DNA from: an uncultured Candidatus Binatia bacterium
GTDB taxonomy: Bacteria > Desulfobacterota > Binatia > UBA9968 > CAXXLF01
Assembly (NCBI GenBank): GCA_965218425.1
Contig: OZ244621.1
Coordinates: 832,001 to 896,000, forward strand
DNA: 64,000 nt
Direction of reading: 5' to 3'
Below, piece by piece: positions 9,466 to 21,786 of the stretch. The position numbers and the translations under genes are program-made. Under the pieces are notes generated by a model. The model was given only the letters and a program-made list of their open reading frames with translations. It had not been told where the DNA came from and ran no database searches. The number at the start of each line of letters is the position of its first letter. Position 1 is the first letter of the stretch.

Positions 9466-10284
9466 ATGGCATCCCGTTCTGATCTTAGTTCGACATACAT
9501 GGAGTTGTTTTCTGCACACCCGCATGAATTACTTCCATTAGAATCGGCTCTACCCGTCGAGCTACAATACGCCTCCAGGGATCACTATCGGATCATCTTG
9601 ACAATGACCCTTTCGGCAAGTACGAGTGATTTCAGGCTCACACGAGCCTTGCAGAAATTATTTAATCATTATCAAGACTTCCTAAGCTTGAAGAATCTGC
9701 AAAAGGATGAACTGAAAGACGCCCTAGCCACTAACGGTATTGGCTGGAACGATCCAAATAGAAGCGGGAATGGTGGCCGTCTTTGGAGCCTTTTAACGCT
9801 ATATTTCGGGCCCAGGAGCCAAGAAATAACTGAGCCAAAAATTCTAGCTTTGAAACCACTTATTGCGAGAGGCTTCGGTAGTAAAATGCGAAAAGTCTTA
9901 CAAGCTTATTGTTTTGGCAACAAAAACGTATTTCCAATGGACCGGGCGGCATTTAATGCGTTGAAGGATTTCGGATTCTATGAGGGCTGGTCGAAAGATA
10001 AAGCTAGAGATGACGTGGAACGGAAACTACCTAGATTTAAGAGTGGCACGTTGATTGATTTCCACGAAATGTTGCGATTTCGAAAGCAGGTGGGCCAAGT
10101 CCAGAAAGGTAGTCCCAATACCAAGCAACGTGAAGTTATCATGGGCTGGAACGGGTGGAGACTACTCTGTTCATCGCATAGAGGTATATCAAAACCGGAA
10201 TGGATTTATCGTCACCTCGTTCAGGACAAGCAAATGGCTAGGGAATTATTTAATTTTGTGAGAGGAAACTCAGCTTTCACTTGA
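9466..10284 (+). CDS. Divergent HhH-GPD (endonuclease III-like) DNA glycosylase lacking the Fe-S motif
   Basis: YRIILTMTLSASTSD resembles Nth LLIAVLLSAQATD; GFGSK resembles GVGRK; FPMD resembles IAVD; no CX6CX2CX5C. Confidence 0.65.
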   Translation: MASRSDLSSTYMELFSAHPHELLPLESALPVELQYASRDHYRIILTMTLSASTSDFRLTRALQKLFNHYQDFLSLKNLQKDELKDALATNGIGWNDPNRSGNGGRLWSLLTLYFGPRSQEITEPKILALKPLIARGFGSKMRKVLQAYCFGNKNVFPMDRAAFNALKDFGFYEGWSKDKARDDVERKLPRFKSGTLIDFHEMLRFRKQVGQVQKGSPNTKQREVIMGWNGWRLLCSSHRGISKPEWIYRHLVQDKQMARELFNFVRGNSAFT

Positions 10285-10306
10285 TATAGTGAACACGAGT
10301 AGAAGA

Positions 10307-11017
10307 TTAGGATCTCGATCCCCCCTCACCATCCCCCTTCAGCTTCTCCAACGCCCCTTTGGCGGCCTGCTGCTCGGACTGTTTCTTGCTCCTTCCTTCT
10401 CCTCTTCCTAATATTTTCTTACCTATCGCAATCTCGGTGACAAAGCGCTTCTCATGGCTCGGACCGGACTCTGCCATCAGGGTATAGGTCGGCGGGGCAT
10501 GAAGGAGCATCTGGCTAATCTCCTGAAGCCGAGTCTTGTAATCCTGAATGCCTAATTTCCTTTGCTTGATTTCGCTTGCAAAGTGCTTCTCAACCACACG
10601 GCGGGCAGCCTCATAGCCCCCGTCCCAATAAATTCCACCGAGGACGGCCTCGAAGGCCCCGGCTAGGATAGACTCCTTGTCCCTGCCACCGCTGCGTTCC
10701 TCCCCTTTGCCTATGCGAAGCAGCTTCCCCAGTTCCAAACCCGCGGCCTTCTCTGCCAGAATGACAGAGTTGACCAAAGAGGCCCGCATCCTCGACAGGT
10801 CCCCCTCTTTTTTATTGGGATAACGCCGCATGAGGAGATCACTAATGGCGAGGTTCAATACCGCGTCCCCGAGAAACTCCAGTGTCTCATTGTGATCGGT
10901 TCCGTCGCGGCGTTCAAAGGAAACGTGGGTAAGACAGCGCAGCAGAAACATTGAGTCTGTGAAAACATAACCCAACTCTTCCTGCAGGCGAATCAGTAAC
11001 CGCGAATCATTTACCAA
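10307..11017 (-). CDS. rnc: Ribonuclease III
   Basis: NETLEFLGDAVL signature, AFEAVLGGIYWD, dsRBD DYKTRLQE. Confidence 0.98.
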   Translation of the reverse strand: MVNDSRLLIRLQEELGYVFTDSMFLLRCLTHVSFERRDGTDHNETLEFLGDAVLNLAISDLLMRRYPNKKEGDLSRMRASLVNSVILAEKAAGLELGKLLRIGKGEERSGGRDKESILAGAFEAVLGGIYWDGGYEAARRVVEKHFASEIKQRKLGIQDYKTRLQEISQMLLHAPPTYTLMAESGPSHEKRFVTEIAIGKKILGRGEGRSKKQSEQQAAKGALEKLKGDGEGGSRS

Positions 11018-11166
11018 CGTTTACCCCGTTCCAAAGCAAAGGGTCCGGTGGATAGCAACTCGAACCACTACTGCCTATTGACCGCGGTCCATGAGGTACA
11101 TCCGTGGTCCGGTGACATTCGCCTTGACTACCGTCCGCTGCAAATTGTTTCGATCAGGCTTCATCG

Positions 11167-12471
<1,305 letters not shown>

Positions 12472-12475
12472 TGGC

Positions 12476-13573
12476 CTATTCCGGCTGTCCGTCCGTGGTC
12501 CCCTCAAGCCCCTGCTCGATCCAGCCTCCACCCAGCACTTTTTCGCCACGATAAAAGACCGCTGCCTGCCCCGGACTAACCGCCGGGAAAAGATCGGTGA
12601 ATTGAACCTCGGATCTGCCGCCCCCCAAGGACCTGATGCGGCATGGGACAGGTGAGGAGCGATAGCGGACCTGCACCTCAGCCAAGATCTCCTCCCCTTC
12701 GGGCGGCTCAATCCAGCTAACGGACCGAACGGTATGGCCTCGGCAGGCCAGCTCGTGCTTTGTACCCACCAGGACCCGTTTAGACTCCTTCTCTATCTCC
12801 AGCACATAGAGAGGATCGGGAGATGAGACCCCTAACCCTTTTCGCTGGCCCACAGTGAACCGATGGATTCCTTGATGGCCCCCTAAAACTCTTCCCGAGC
12901 GGTCTGCAATCACCCCGGCGCCGATCTCGCCTTCAGATGCAAAGGATTCCACCAATGATCGATGGTCCCCGAAGCAGATATCCTGACTTTCCGGTCGATG
13001 GGCGGAGAGTAACCCGAGAGCAAGAGCATGTTGACGCACCTGTTTCTTGGTTAGCTCGCCCAGGGGGAACAGACTATGAGCCAACTGTTCTTGGGACAGC
13101 CCAAACAGAAAATAGGATTGATCCTTGTTCCGGTCCCCACCGCGCAGGAGGGAATACCTCTCCTTGGAAGGATCATGGATCACTCGGGCGTAGTGCCCCG
13201 TGGCGACGCCATGGATCCCGTGCTTTTGCGCCCAATCCAAAAGGACACCCAGCTTAAAATCTTGATTGCAGGCCACACATGGGTTGGGGGTCTGTCCTGC
13301 AAGGTAACTCTGGGCAAAGGGCTTGACCACAGACTCCCGAAAATTCGAGCGGAAGTCTAAAATACGGTGACGGATACCAAGATGTGTCGCCACCTCTTCG
13401 GCCCCCGTAAAATTGGAGCAAATCCTAGAATTTCGCACATCGCCTTCCCATAATTGCAGGGAGACTCCAATCACGTCGTAGCCTTGATCGATTAGGAGGC
13501 TGGCGGCGACAGAGCTGTCCACTCCACCACTCATGGCCATCACCACCTTCTTATTGCTCTGACACGAGTCCAT
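12476..13573 (-). CDS. mnmA: tRNA 2-thiouridine(34) synthase
   Basis: AMSGGVDSS, TPNPCVACN, ATGHYAR, KDQSYFL, ESQDICF, TVGQRKGL. Confidence 0.97.
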   Translation of the reverse strand: MDSCQSNKKVVMAMSGGVDSSVAASLLIDQGYDVIGVSLQLWEGDVRNSRICSNFTGAEEVATHLGIRHRILDFRSNFRESVVKPFAQSYLAGQTPNPCVACNQDFKLGVLLDWAQKHGIHGVATGHYARVIHDPSKERYSLLRGGDRNKDQSYFLFGLSQEQLAHSLFPLGELTKKQVRQHALALGLLSAHRPESQDICFGDHRSLVESFASEGEIGAGVIADRSGRVLGGHQGIHRFTVGQRKGLGVSSPDPLYVLEIEKESKRVLVGTKHELACRGHTVRSVSWIEPPEGEEILAEVQVRYRSSPVPCRIRSLGGGRSEVQFTDLFPAVSPGQAAVFYRGEKVLGGGWIEQGLEGTTDGQPE

Positions 13574-13638
13574 AGCTCTACCGTTGGGTTCAATGAATAC
13601 TCTTTAGAAGACGAAATGCACTCTTTGGAACCCTTCCA

Positions 13639-14373
13639 TTAATTTCCCGAGTTCTTGATCAGTTCTTTAACCTTGCGCAGCACTTCTGTATCCTCTGCCT
13701 GCCGCTCTTCCAGCCCCCCCTGCCTGGAACTCAACTCGTTGACACGTTTCTCCAGGCGCTGCACATAGTCTGCCAGGTTAGTGATTGCCTTGGCCATGGG
13801 GTCGGGTAGCCTCTGGTGATCCAGGTCGATGATTTGGTCCTCCGGATCCCTGTGAACTCCGCTCCCTTCCACCACTTTACCTGGAATTCCCACCACAGTG
13901 GAATCCGGGGGAACCGAATTCACCACCACCGAACCCGATCCTATCCTGCTATTGCGTCCAATGATCACGGGGCCAAGAATGGTGGCACCGGCGCCGATAA
14001 TCACGTAATCTTCCACCGTGGGATGTCTTTTATCCTTTTTTAGACTAATGCCACCCAGGGTCACCCCCTGATAAATGGTCACGTCGTCACCGATCTCGGT
14101 GGTCTCACCGATGACCACTCCCATCCCGTGATCGATAAAAAATCGCGCGCCGATCTCCGCCCCCGGGTGGATCTCAATCCCGGTCATGAACCGTCCCACA
14201 TGGCTGATAAAACGGCCCAAGACCTTCAGACCTCTCTCCCAAAGAAAATGAGCCATGCGGTAAAAAAATAGAGCGTGCAGGCCGGGGTAGCTAAGGAGGA
14301 CTTCCCAAACATTGCGGGCTGCCGGGTCACGGTTGAATACAACCCGAATGTCTTCCTTCAGGGTGTTCCACAT
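13639..14373 (-). CDS. cysE: Serine O-acetyltransferase
   Basis: [39 protein letters not shown]; start placed at ATG 14373. Confidence 0.96.
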   Translation of the reverse strand: MWNTLKEDIRVVFNRDPAARNVWEVLLSYPGLHALFFYRMAHFLWERGLKVLGRFISHVGRFMTGIEIHPGAEIGARFFIDHGMGVVIGETTEIGDDVTIYQGVTLGGISLKKDKRHPTVEDYVIIGAGATILGPVIIGRNSRIGSGSVVVNSVPPDSTVVGIPGKVVEGSGVHRDPEDQIIDLDHQRLPDPMAKAITNLADYVQRLEKRVNELSSRQGGLEERQAEDTEVLRKVKELIKNSGN

Positions 14374-14444
14374 GGCGATCATCGATGGGCCTAAGGACTT
14401 TAACAAGGAATCGGGTGAGAGACGTACCCCGAAAGATAGCGGTT

Positions 14445-16025
14445 CTACACCTCCCTCTTTTTCTTGTCTTTATAAAGCTTATAGTCGATGCTATCCGCCA
14501 GGGCCTGCCAACTCGCTTCGATCACGTTGTGAGACACACCCACGGTTCCCCATTCATCCTTCTTGTCTCCCGATTCGATCAAGACACGCACTGATGCACC
14601 GGTACCTTCACCAGAGGTAAGGACGCGCACTTTATAATCAAGCAGCTCAATGTCCACTAATGCCGGGTAAAATTTGCCCAGGGCCTTGCGCAAGGCTTGG
14701 TCAAGGGCGTGAACGGGGCCATTGCCCATGGCCGCTGCGTGCTCCTCCACACCATCCACCTCCACCATAATCGTAGCTTCCGAGATGGGGGCTTCCCCCT
14801 CTTTCCTCTTCTCATCGATCACCCGAAAACCAACCAGACGGAAATTCTTCTTTTTTTTGCCCAGCGCCTCCTGGATCAACAACTCAAAGGAAGCTTCAGC
14901 GGCCTCGAACTCATAGCCCTTGCTTTCCATTTCTTTGATGCGGCGAAGGATCTGTGGCACGGCATGCTCGTTTGACTCCAGGTCGATCCCGTATTCCTTG
15001 CCCTTGAACAGGATATTGCTTCGACCGGCCAGATCAGAGACCAGGACCCTCTGACGGTTGCCCACCAGTTGAGGATCAACATGCTCGTAGGTCTCACGAT
15101 TCTTTATGATACCAGACACATGCAATCCACCTTTGTGTGCGAAAGCACTGTCACCCACATAGGGCTGATGCTTATTGGGACTGATGTTGGCCAGCTCATA
15201 GAAGACATGGGATAGATCCCGGAGTTTTTTTAGCTGTTCCAAATCGATACAGTTCTTTCCCAGTTTGAGCTGAAGATTGGGAATGAGCGAACACAGGTTA
15301 AGGTTGCCGCAACGCTCACCGAAACCGTTGATGGTGCCCTGGACTTGACGCACTCCCATCTCCACTGCTGCCATGGTATTGGCCACGGCGAGCTCACCAT
15401 CATTGTGACAGTGTATTCCTAGCCGGGCGGTTATCACCCCCTCGAGACTCGAGATAGCCTTGCGGATGTCGTCCGGTAATCCGCCCCCGTTGGTATCACA
15501 CAGGACGAGCCAATCTGCCCCCCCTTGCTGCGCCGCCTGCAAACATTCCACTGCAAACTCGGGATTGGAACGGTACCCATCGAAGAAATGCTCCGCATCG
15601 AACATCACTTCATCCACCCGTTCTTTCATGAAACGAATGGAGTCCGAAATCAGATCGAGATTCGCTTTCTTGCTGATTCTAAGACCGTCCCGCACATGGA
15701 GGTCCCAGGTCTTACCCACCAGGGTCACCACCGGGGTATCTGCGTCCAGGAGCAACTTGAGACTAGGGTCCTGGCTAGGCTTGGCGGAGGGCTTGCGAGT
15801 GGTGCCAAAGGCGACGATCTTGGACTTCTTCTTTTTGAGTTTCTTGACCTCCATGAAAAAATCGGCATCCCGAGGATTAGAACCAGGGTAGCCTCCCTCG
15901 ATGTAATCAATGCCGATATCCGATAGGCGTTCTGCCATGCGGAGCTTGTCTTCGAGGGTCAGAGAAATGTCCTCCGCCTGACACCCATCCCTCAAGGTCG
16001 TGTCATAGATTAAAACGTCTTTCAC
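14445..16025 (-). CDS. cimA: Citramalate synthase (LeuA/CimA family)
   Basis: [41 protein letters not shown]; next to lysC. Confidence 0.92.
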   Translation of the reverse strand: MKDVLIYDTTLRDGCQAEDISLTLEDKLRMAERLSDIGIDYIEGGYPGSNPRDADFFMEVKKLKKKKSKIVAFGTTRKPSAKPSQDPSLKLLLDADTPVVTLVGKTWDLHVRDGLRISKKANLDLISDSIRFMKERVDEVMFDAEHFFDGYRSNPEFAVECLQAAQQGGADWLVLCDTNGGGLPDDIRKAISSLEGVITARLGIHCHNDGELAVANTMAAVEMGVRQVQGTINGFGERCGNLNLCSLIPNLQLKLGKNCIDLEQLKKLRDLSHVFYELANISPNKHQPYVGDSAFAHKGGLHVSGIIKNRETYEHVDPQLVGNRQRVLVSDLAGRSNILFKGKEYGIDLESNEHAVPQILRRIKEMESKGYEFEAAEASFELLIQEALGKKKKNFRLVGFRVIDEKRKEGEAPISEATIMVEVDGVEEHAAAMGNGPVHALDQALRKALGKFYPALVDIELLDYKVRVLTSGEGTGASVRVLIESGDKKDEWGTVGVSHNVIEASWQALADSIDYKLYKDKKKREV

Positions 16026-16029
16026 AAAG

Positions 16030-17241
16030 TCACCTGTTTCCGATCAATTCATCATGAAGCACCCGCACCGCTTTTTGGGCAAATTTTTCCCGGATCACCA
16101 CAGATATGGTAATCTCAGAAGTGGAGATCATCTCCACATTGACCCCTTCTTTCGCTAAGGCCTGAAACATCTGGGAGGCAATTCCGCTATGGGTGCGCAT
16201 CCCTCGTCCAATAATTGATATTTTGGCAATGTCAGGATCACACCGTACTTCCTCTGCCTCTATTTTGAGTCTCATGTCCTCCACCAGGATTTCCGCTTTT
16301 TTCAACTCATCTTTTGGGACTGTGAAGCTCACGTCCGTGTGACCCCCTTCACTGGCGTTCTGAACGATCATGTCCACCATGATGCCTGCCTTGGCCAGAG
16401 GGGTGAATATCTTGGCCGCCAAACCCGGTTTATCCGGCACCCGGGTAATGGTTACTTTTGCCTGCTCCTTATCGCTGGCGACTCTCGATACGATGTGCTC
16501 TAGCTCTTTATTTTCCTTGACCACCCGTGTTCCCTCCCATGGTGTAAATCCAGACCGAAGGTGCAGCGGCACATTGCCCTTCATGGCAAAATCCACAGCA
16601 TCGATATGGAATGCCTTGACCCCGAGGCTGATCATCTCCATCATTTCCTCGAAGGAGAGAAAACCCAGTTTCTTAGCTGTGGGGCAGACCTTTGGATCTG
16701 CCGTGTACATGCCGTCCACCTGAGTATATATCTCGCAAACATCAGCCTTCAAGGCAGTGGCTAAAGCAACTGCCGTGGTGTCAGAGCCTCCCCGGCCCAA
16801 GGTTGTAATGTTTCCCTCCTCATCAATTCCCTGGAAACCAACGACCACGCCAATCTCGCCTTTCTTGAGCGATCTCTTAAGGGCCTCGGCGTCAACTTTC
16901 TGTATTCGCGCCTTTCCAAATGTGTTGTCCGTCAATATATGGATCTGATGGGCCAACCAGGAACGGGCCTGGTAACCCATGGCCTTGATAGCCAGGGCCA
17001 ACATGGCAGCTGAAACTTGCTCACCTGCCGAGAGAAGCACATCCTGTTCTCTTCCGTCGGGAGCTTTAGCCATGGACCTGGAAAGACCCAAGAGACGATC
17101 CGTCTCACCCTCCATAGCCGAAATGACCACCACCACCTGATTTCCCATTTCATGGGTGGCCACCACTCGGTCTGAAATGTCCTTGATTCTTTTGGGACTC
17201 CCCGCAACGGTCCCACCGTATTTCTGTACAATTAAAGCCAT
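16030..17241 (-). CDS. lysC: Aspartate kinase with two ACT domains
   Basis: MALIVQKYGGT, TTLGRGGSDTTA, DMIVQN, MISTSEI; some conserved motifs altered. Confidence 0.93.
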   Translation of the reverse strand: MALIVQKYGGTVAGSPKRIKDISDRVVATHEMGNQVVVVISAMEGETDRLLGLSRSMAKAPDGREQDVLLSAGEQVSAAMLALAIKAMGYQARSWLAHQIHILTDNTFGKARIQKVDAEALKRSLKKGEIGVVVGFQGIDEEGNITTLGRGGSDTTAVALATALKADVCEIYTQVDGMYTADPKVCPTAKKLGFLSFEEMMEMISLGVKAFHIDAVDFAMKGNVPLHLRSGFTPWEGTRVVKENKELEHIVSRVASDKEQAKVTITRVPDKPGLAAKIFTPLAKAGIMVDMIVQNASEGGHTDVSFTVPKDELKKAEILVEDMRLKIEAEEVRCDPDIAKISIIGRGMRTHSGIASQMFQALAKEGVNVEMISTSEITISVVIREKFAQKAVRVLHDELIGNR

Positions 17242-17250
17242 CGCCTCCGC

Positions 17251-17724
17251 CTATTTCTTCTTGTTCAACCTGGCAACAATCGCATCATACCGGCTTCCGT
17301 GGGCGGTAAAGGTCAACCCCCGTTTATTACCGTCTTCATGATCAAAATGAATTCCGAGGTATTCCTCCACCTCACCATTGGGGAGCCGCTCAAACCATTC
17401 AATCACACTCACTCCATCCGAAAAGAAACACTCCCTTAAACTCAACTCCTCCAGCTCCGTGGCGCTCGATAGCCGGTATAGATCCACGTGGAAAAGCGGC
17501 ATCCTGCCGTCATATTCATTGATAAGGGTAAAGGTGGGACTTCGTACCCAGGCCCCCTTAACCACGTTCACACCTTCCGCGAGTCCTCTAACAAAGCACG
17601 TCTTTCCACTTCCCAACTCGCCGGTCAGCCCTATGATCTCTCCGCCCACTAAGAGCCTTCCCAACTTCCTTCCCCAGCTCTGAGTTTGCGTGGCAGAACG
17701 AGAAAGGATCCTGAAGGACTTCAT
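17251..17724 (-). CDS. tsaE: t6A biosynthesis ATPase TsaE
   Basis: GELGSGKT, SPTFTLINEY, HVDLYRL, IEW. Confidence 0.96.
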   Translation of the reverse strand: MKSFRILSRSATQTQSWGRKLGRLLVGGEIIGLTGELGSGKTCFVRGLAEGVNVVKGAWVRSPTFTLINEYDGRMPLFHVDLYRLSSATELEELSLRECFFSDGVSVIEWFERLPNGEVEEYLGIHFDHEDGNKRGLTFTAHGSRYDAIVARLNKKK

Positions 17725-17811
17725 GGTGATTCGTTACATGCGTAATCGTCACTCGTGTATTCGTTATTCGCATTGGGTAACGAATCAACGGGTCAACGGA
17801 TAACAATCTAA
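17725..17811. repeat. Degenerate heptamer repeats in inverted arrangement
   Basis: tcgttac/tcgtcac/tcgtgtat/tcgttat, then acgaatca/acgggtca/acggata. Confidence 0.7.
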
Positions 17812-19380
17812 CTAGCTAGTCAACCGTTGACGATCCTCATTGAGTCGTTGGATCGCCAGGGGAAGTTCCTCCACTATATCTGAGGCAATTAATCCGATTT
17901 CCCCATGGCTTGAGGCCACCAGATCACCCGCAAAGCCATGAAGAAAAACACCCAGTTTAAGGGCCTCTTTCGGTCCAAGGCCCTGAGCCAAGAGGCCTGC
18001 CAAAATCCCTGCCAGGGCATCCCCCATACCGCCACTGGCCATCCCCGCGTTCCCGGTCGGATTGATATACACCCTACCGTCGGAAGTGGCAATCACGCTT
18101 CTCGCTCCCTTGAGCACAATATGGCACCGATTCTTGCGGGCAAAGTTTCGGGTGACTCCAATCCTATCACGGTTTATCACGGCCGTATCCGATCCCATGA
18201 GTCTGGCCATCTCACCCGGATGGGGAGTCAGAATTGGGGGAGTCTTAGCACCACGCAGTCTATTGATGTCCTCCGCTAAGATGTTCAGTCCGTCCGCATC
18301 AATGACCCAAGGCATTGCCAGGTTCTTGAGCAACCACCACAACGCGTTTTTGGCTCCCTCCTTGATCCCAATACCAGGACCGAAAAGCAGCGCACTTTTT
18401 CTGTCCAGCAATCTCGCCCAGCCCTGGTCGTCGGGGGCTTCCAATTCTTCTTGGGATTCCACCCCCAATGGCTCTGTCATGGACTCCACCAGTGCCGTTG
18501 CAAAGATACTGTTGAGGGCACGGGGGGCTGCTAGGGATACCAGGCCAGTCCCCATCCTCATGGCCGCTCTACAGGCAAGGATTGCCGCCCCAGTTTTCCC
18601 CCTGGATCCGGCCATCACCAGCAGATGACCATAGGTCCCCTTGTGGGAATCCGCCGCACGGGATGGGATCAGCCAACTTATATTCTGCTCCTCCAGTAGC
18701 TCTGTCTGAGGCCTCACCTCTTCAACTGCCTCGGGATGAATTCCAATATCCACCACTCCAAGATCACCCGCATAGGATAGCCCGGGGTGAATCACTTGAC
18801 CTAGCTTCGGGTAACCAAACGTAACGGTCATCTCGGCCTGAACGGCCGTTCCCAACGGTCGCCCGGTGTCGGCATGTAATCCCGACGGAATATCCACAGC
18901 AATAGTGGGAAGGCCTGAGGCGTTTATGGTTTCTATGACATCAAGGTAGAGGCCACGGACCTCATCTCGCAAACCCGTACCCAAGATGGAATCCACAACG
19001 ATTGCGTGGTTCTTCAGTTTTTGTGACAGGAGTGAAAGAGACCCCTCGTCCACCTCGTAAACTTTTCCCTTTGCTTTCAGCAATGCACGAAGATTCGCCG
19101 CCGCATCGGGGGAGAGGCTTTCTTTTTTGGCAAGGAGAATAACTTCACAGGGAATTCTTTTTTTTTTCAGATGGCGGGCCACCACCAAACCGTCCCCTCC
19201 ATTGTTCCCCCTCCCGGCTACAATCAGTACACCTCGTTTGACCGCACCACGAAAACGTTCCTGAATGCGCTTGAACACTCCCTCACCCGCTCGCTCCATT
19301 AAGGTGAGGCTCGGGACGTGGTGCTTCTCAATGGTCAAGCGGTCCAGCTCCCGCATTTCTTGCGCCGTAACAACCAGCAT
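17812..19380 (-). CDS. nnr: Bifunctional NAD(P)H-hydrate epimerase/dehydratase
   Basis: LMERAG, GNNGGDG, DIPSG, HKGTYG, DADGL, TPHPGEM, GGMGDALAG. Confidence 0.96.
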   Translation of the reverse strand: MLVVTAQEMRELDRLTIEKHHVPSLTLMERAGEGVFKRIQERFRGAVKRGVLIVAGRGNNGGDGLVVARHLKKKRIPCEVILLAKKESLSPDAAANLRALLKAKGKVYEVDEGSLSLLSQKLKNHAIVVDSILGTGLRDEVRGLYLDVIETINASGLPTIAVDIPSGLHADTGRPLGTAVQAEMTVTFGYPKLGQVIHPGLSYAGDLGVVDIGIHPEAVEEVRPQTELLEEQNISWLIPSRAADSHKGTYGHLLVMAGSRGKTGAAILACRAAMRMGTGLVSLAAPRALNSIFATALVESMTEPLGVESQEELEAPDDQGWARLLDRKSALLFGPGIGIKEGAKNALWWLLKNLAMPWVIDADGLNILAEDINRLRGAKTPPILTPHPGEMARLMGSDTAVINRDRIGVTRNFARKNRCHIVLKGARSVIATSDGRVYINPTGNAGMASGGMGDALAGILAGLLAQGLGPKEALKLGVFLHGFAGDLVASSHGEIGLIASDIVEELPLAIQRLNEDRQRLTS

Positions 19381-19521
19381 TCGTTACTCGATTATTTGTC
19401 AATGGTTAATGGGTTACTCGTCTATTCGCAATTCGCATATTGGCCCCTCGTGACTTCGAGACAAACCGAAGCCGCCAGTCTGATAACGATTCGGCCAATA
19501 ACCAGTATACGAATAACCATC
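19381..19521. repeat. Degenerate heptamer repeats in inverted arrangement
   Basis: tcgttac/ttgtcaa/tggttaa/tcgtctat/tcgcaat, then acgattc/gccaata/accagta/acgaata. Confidence 0.7.
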
Positions 19522-20250
19522 CTAAGGTGTGACCTTCAGGAGGTCTTTCATTTCCGCAACTGCCCTTTCCATCCCAACAAAAATCGCTCGAGCGATAATA
19601 CTATGGCCGATGTTCAACTCCACGATTTCAGGGATGGCGACAATGGGAACAACATTGTGGTAATTCAACCCGTGGCCCCCATGGACTTCCAGTCCTAATT
19701 CACGGGCCAGTGAGGCGGCCCTTTTTAAATTTTCCAGCTCGCCTTTGCCGTCTCCAGAGGCATCGCAGTACTGACCGGTATGAATCTCGATACCATGGGC
19801 ACCCGTCTCCCGACTCGCCTCGATTTGCTGCTTCTCAGGATCGATAAAGAGGTTGACCTGAATTCCAGCTCCCTGCAGCCGGTCCACCGTCTCTTTCACC
19901 TTGCTCCTAGGAGCCGTCACGTTCAGGCCACCTTCGGTGGTGAGCTCTTCCCGGCGCTCCGGAACAAGACAAACGTCGTCGGGTTTTATTCTCCGGGCAA
20001 ACTCCAGCATCCCATGGGTCACCGCCATTTCAAGGTTCAACTTGGCGGCAAGCCGCTCCCGCAAGAACTCCACATCCCGCTCCTGAATGTGGCGCCGGTC
20101 TTCACGCAGATGGACGGTGATTCCATCGGCGCCTGCCTTCTCAGCGAGGAGTGCCGCCTCTACCGGATCGGGTATTTCGATCTGCCTTGCCTGACGTAGG
20201 GTGGCTACATGATCCACATTAATCCCAAGACGAATCTTCGTTAATCGCAT
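19522..20250 (-). CDS. pdxJ: Pyridoxine 5'-phosphate synthase
   Basis: [48 protein letters not shown]. Confidence 0.98.
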   Translation of the reverse strand: MRLTKIRLGINVDHVATLRQARQIEIPDPVEAALLAEKAGADGITVHLREDRRHIQERDVEFLRERLAAKLNLEMAVTHGMLEFARRIKPDDVCLVPERREELTTEGGLNVTAPRSKVKETVDRLQGAGIQVNLFIDPEKQQIEASRETGAHGIEIHTGQYCDASGDGKGELENLKRAASLARELGLEVHGGHGLNYHNVVPIVAIPEIVELNIGHSIIARAIFVGMERAVAEMKDLLKVTP

Positions 20251-20310
20251 CTTCGTATAATCGTTATTCGTATCATGAAATCAACCGGTAACGAGTTGAC
20301 GAGCAGCCAA
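20251..20310. repeat. Short inverted heptamer-repeat spacer
   Basis: tcgtataa/tcgttat/tcgtatc, then accggta/acgagtt/acgagca. Confidence 0.6.
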
Positions 20311-21786
20311 TCACTTGTTACTCCCTATCGTCACGCGAATCTCTTCCGCTATCTCCTGGGCCATCTTTCGAATACCGTCCTCGTCCTCTCCTTCCAACAT
20401 CACCCTGGCCATGGGTTCTGTCCCCGAGTATCGGACCAGAACCCTCCCCCGCGCCCCCAGTTCTTGTCCAATGGCAGTGATTCTCTTGTGCAAACGAGGG
20501 ATACTGGAGAAGGCCTTCTTCTCCTTGACTCCCACATTGAGAAGCACCTGAGGAAGCTTGGTCATCACACGCTTCAGCTCTCCCAGTGATTTCCCCTGTT
20601 CCTTCATAATCGTGAGAATCTGTAGCGCTGTGAGACAACCGTCTCCAGTGGTGTTATGGTCCATAAAAACCACATGCCCCGACTGTTCTCCACCCAGGTT
20701 GTATCCCCCCCGGATCATCTTCTCCACAACATACCTGTCCCCTATAGAGGTACGGATCACGTTAATCCCCATACCCTGGAGCGCAATATCCAGCCCGAGA
20801 TTGCTCATAACCGTCCCAACCACCGTGGAGGATGCAAGGGAGCCGTTTTGCTGCATGTAACCAGCACAGATGGCCAGCACCTCGTCCCCATCAACAATCT
20901 CCCCCTTCTCATCTACAAAGATGGCGCGATCACCATCCCCGTCCAGCAATACGGCCAAATCGGCGCCGTGCTCGAGCAGAACGCTTCGTGCCGCCTCGGG
21001 ATGAAGGGACCCACAGGTTTCATTAATATTTTCTCCATCGGGGTTGATCCCGATGGGAATCACCTCTGCGCCCAACTCGCTAAGGACCTCAGGCGCCACA
21101 CGATAGGCCGCCCCATGGGCACAGTCCACCACAATCTTCAATCCGTCCAGGGAAAGACGGCGTGAGAAGCTCATCTTTAAATAAACCACATTTCTTCCCA
21201 CCGCATCGGGTATTCGAAACGCTTTTCCTACCTCTGAAGCCGTGGGCCTGTACCGATCGATGGCGCCTCCAAAAATCAATTCCTCGATCCGCTCCTCAAG
21301 GGCATCAGGAAGCTTCAAGCCCTCCTGGGAGAAAAATTTGATTCCATTATCTCTAAAGAGATTATGAGAAGCCGAGATAACGACCCCGGCGTCAGCCCGC
21401 ATGCTACGGGTGAGAAAGGCGACTCCCGGCGTTGGCAGCGGACCCACAAGGAGTACATCAGCGCCCATGGAGCAGATTCCGGAAGCCAATGCCGTTTCAA
21501 TCATGTAACCGGAGAGCCGGGTGTCTTTTCCAATGAGGATACGGTAGCGGTGATCTCCCCTGCTTCCGCCCTTTTCACCTGATCCTATCCGCTTTGCCCT
21601 TTCAGGTTCCCGAAACACGTAGGCCAGCGCACGGCCCAGCTTTAACGCCGTTTCCGAGGTCATGGGCTCTAGATTGGCCACCCCCCGAACCCCATCTGTG
21701 CCAAAGAGCTGACGTTTTCGCTCATTTTGCTTTTTCGAGGGAGAGTGATTCATACGATTTTTCTCTACTGGTTGATCATTTTTCAT
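20311..21786 (-). CDS. glmM: Phosphoglucosamine mutase
   Basis: [44 protein letters not shown]; exact start uncertain. Confidence 0.97.
   Translation of the reverse strand: MKNDQPVEKNRMNHSPSKKQNERKRQLFGTDGVRGVANLEPMTSETALKLGRALAYVFREPERAKRIGSGEKGGSRGDHRYRILIGKDTRLSGYMIETALASGICSMGADVLLVGPLPTPGVAFLTRSMRADAGVVISASHNLFRDNGIKFFSQEGLKLPDALEERIEELIFGGAIDRYRPTASEVGKAFRIPDAVGRNVVYLKMSFSRRLSLDGLKIVVDCAHGAAYRVAPEVLSELGAEVIPIGINPDGENINETCGSLHPEAARSVLLEHGADLAVLLDGDGDRAIFVDEKGEIVDGDEVLAICAGYMQQNGSLASSTVVGTVMSNLGLDIALQGMGINVIRTSIGDRYVVEKMIRGGYNLGGEQSGHVVFMDHNTTGDGCLTALQILTIMKEQGKSLGELKRVMTKLPQVLLNVGVKEKKAFSSIPRLHKRITAIGQELGARGRVLVRYSGTEPMARVMLEGEDEDGIRKMAQEIAEEIRVTIGSNK

Noticed and set aside
12472..12711. 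N-terminal extensions in the ORF track for mtaB (also lsrF, bioB, pyrE, cupin and sulfurtransferase)
   Set aside because: They overlap neighbouring genes or promoters; family-typical N-termini begin at downstream starts.
19381..19521. Remnant of acpS, often found after pdxJ
   Set aside because: No GxD or other AcpS-like coding trace; the spacer is repeat DNA.
17725..20310. CRISPR array
   Set aside because: Units are 7-8 nt and degenerate, there are no unique spacers, and no cas genes are in the window.
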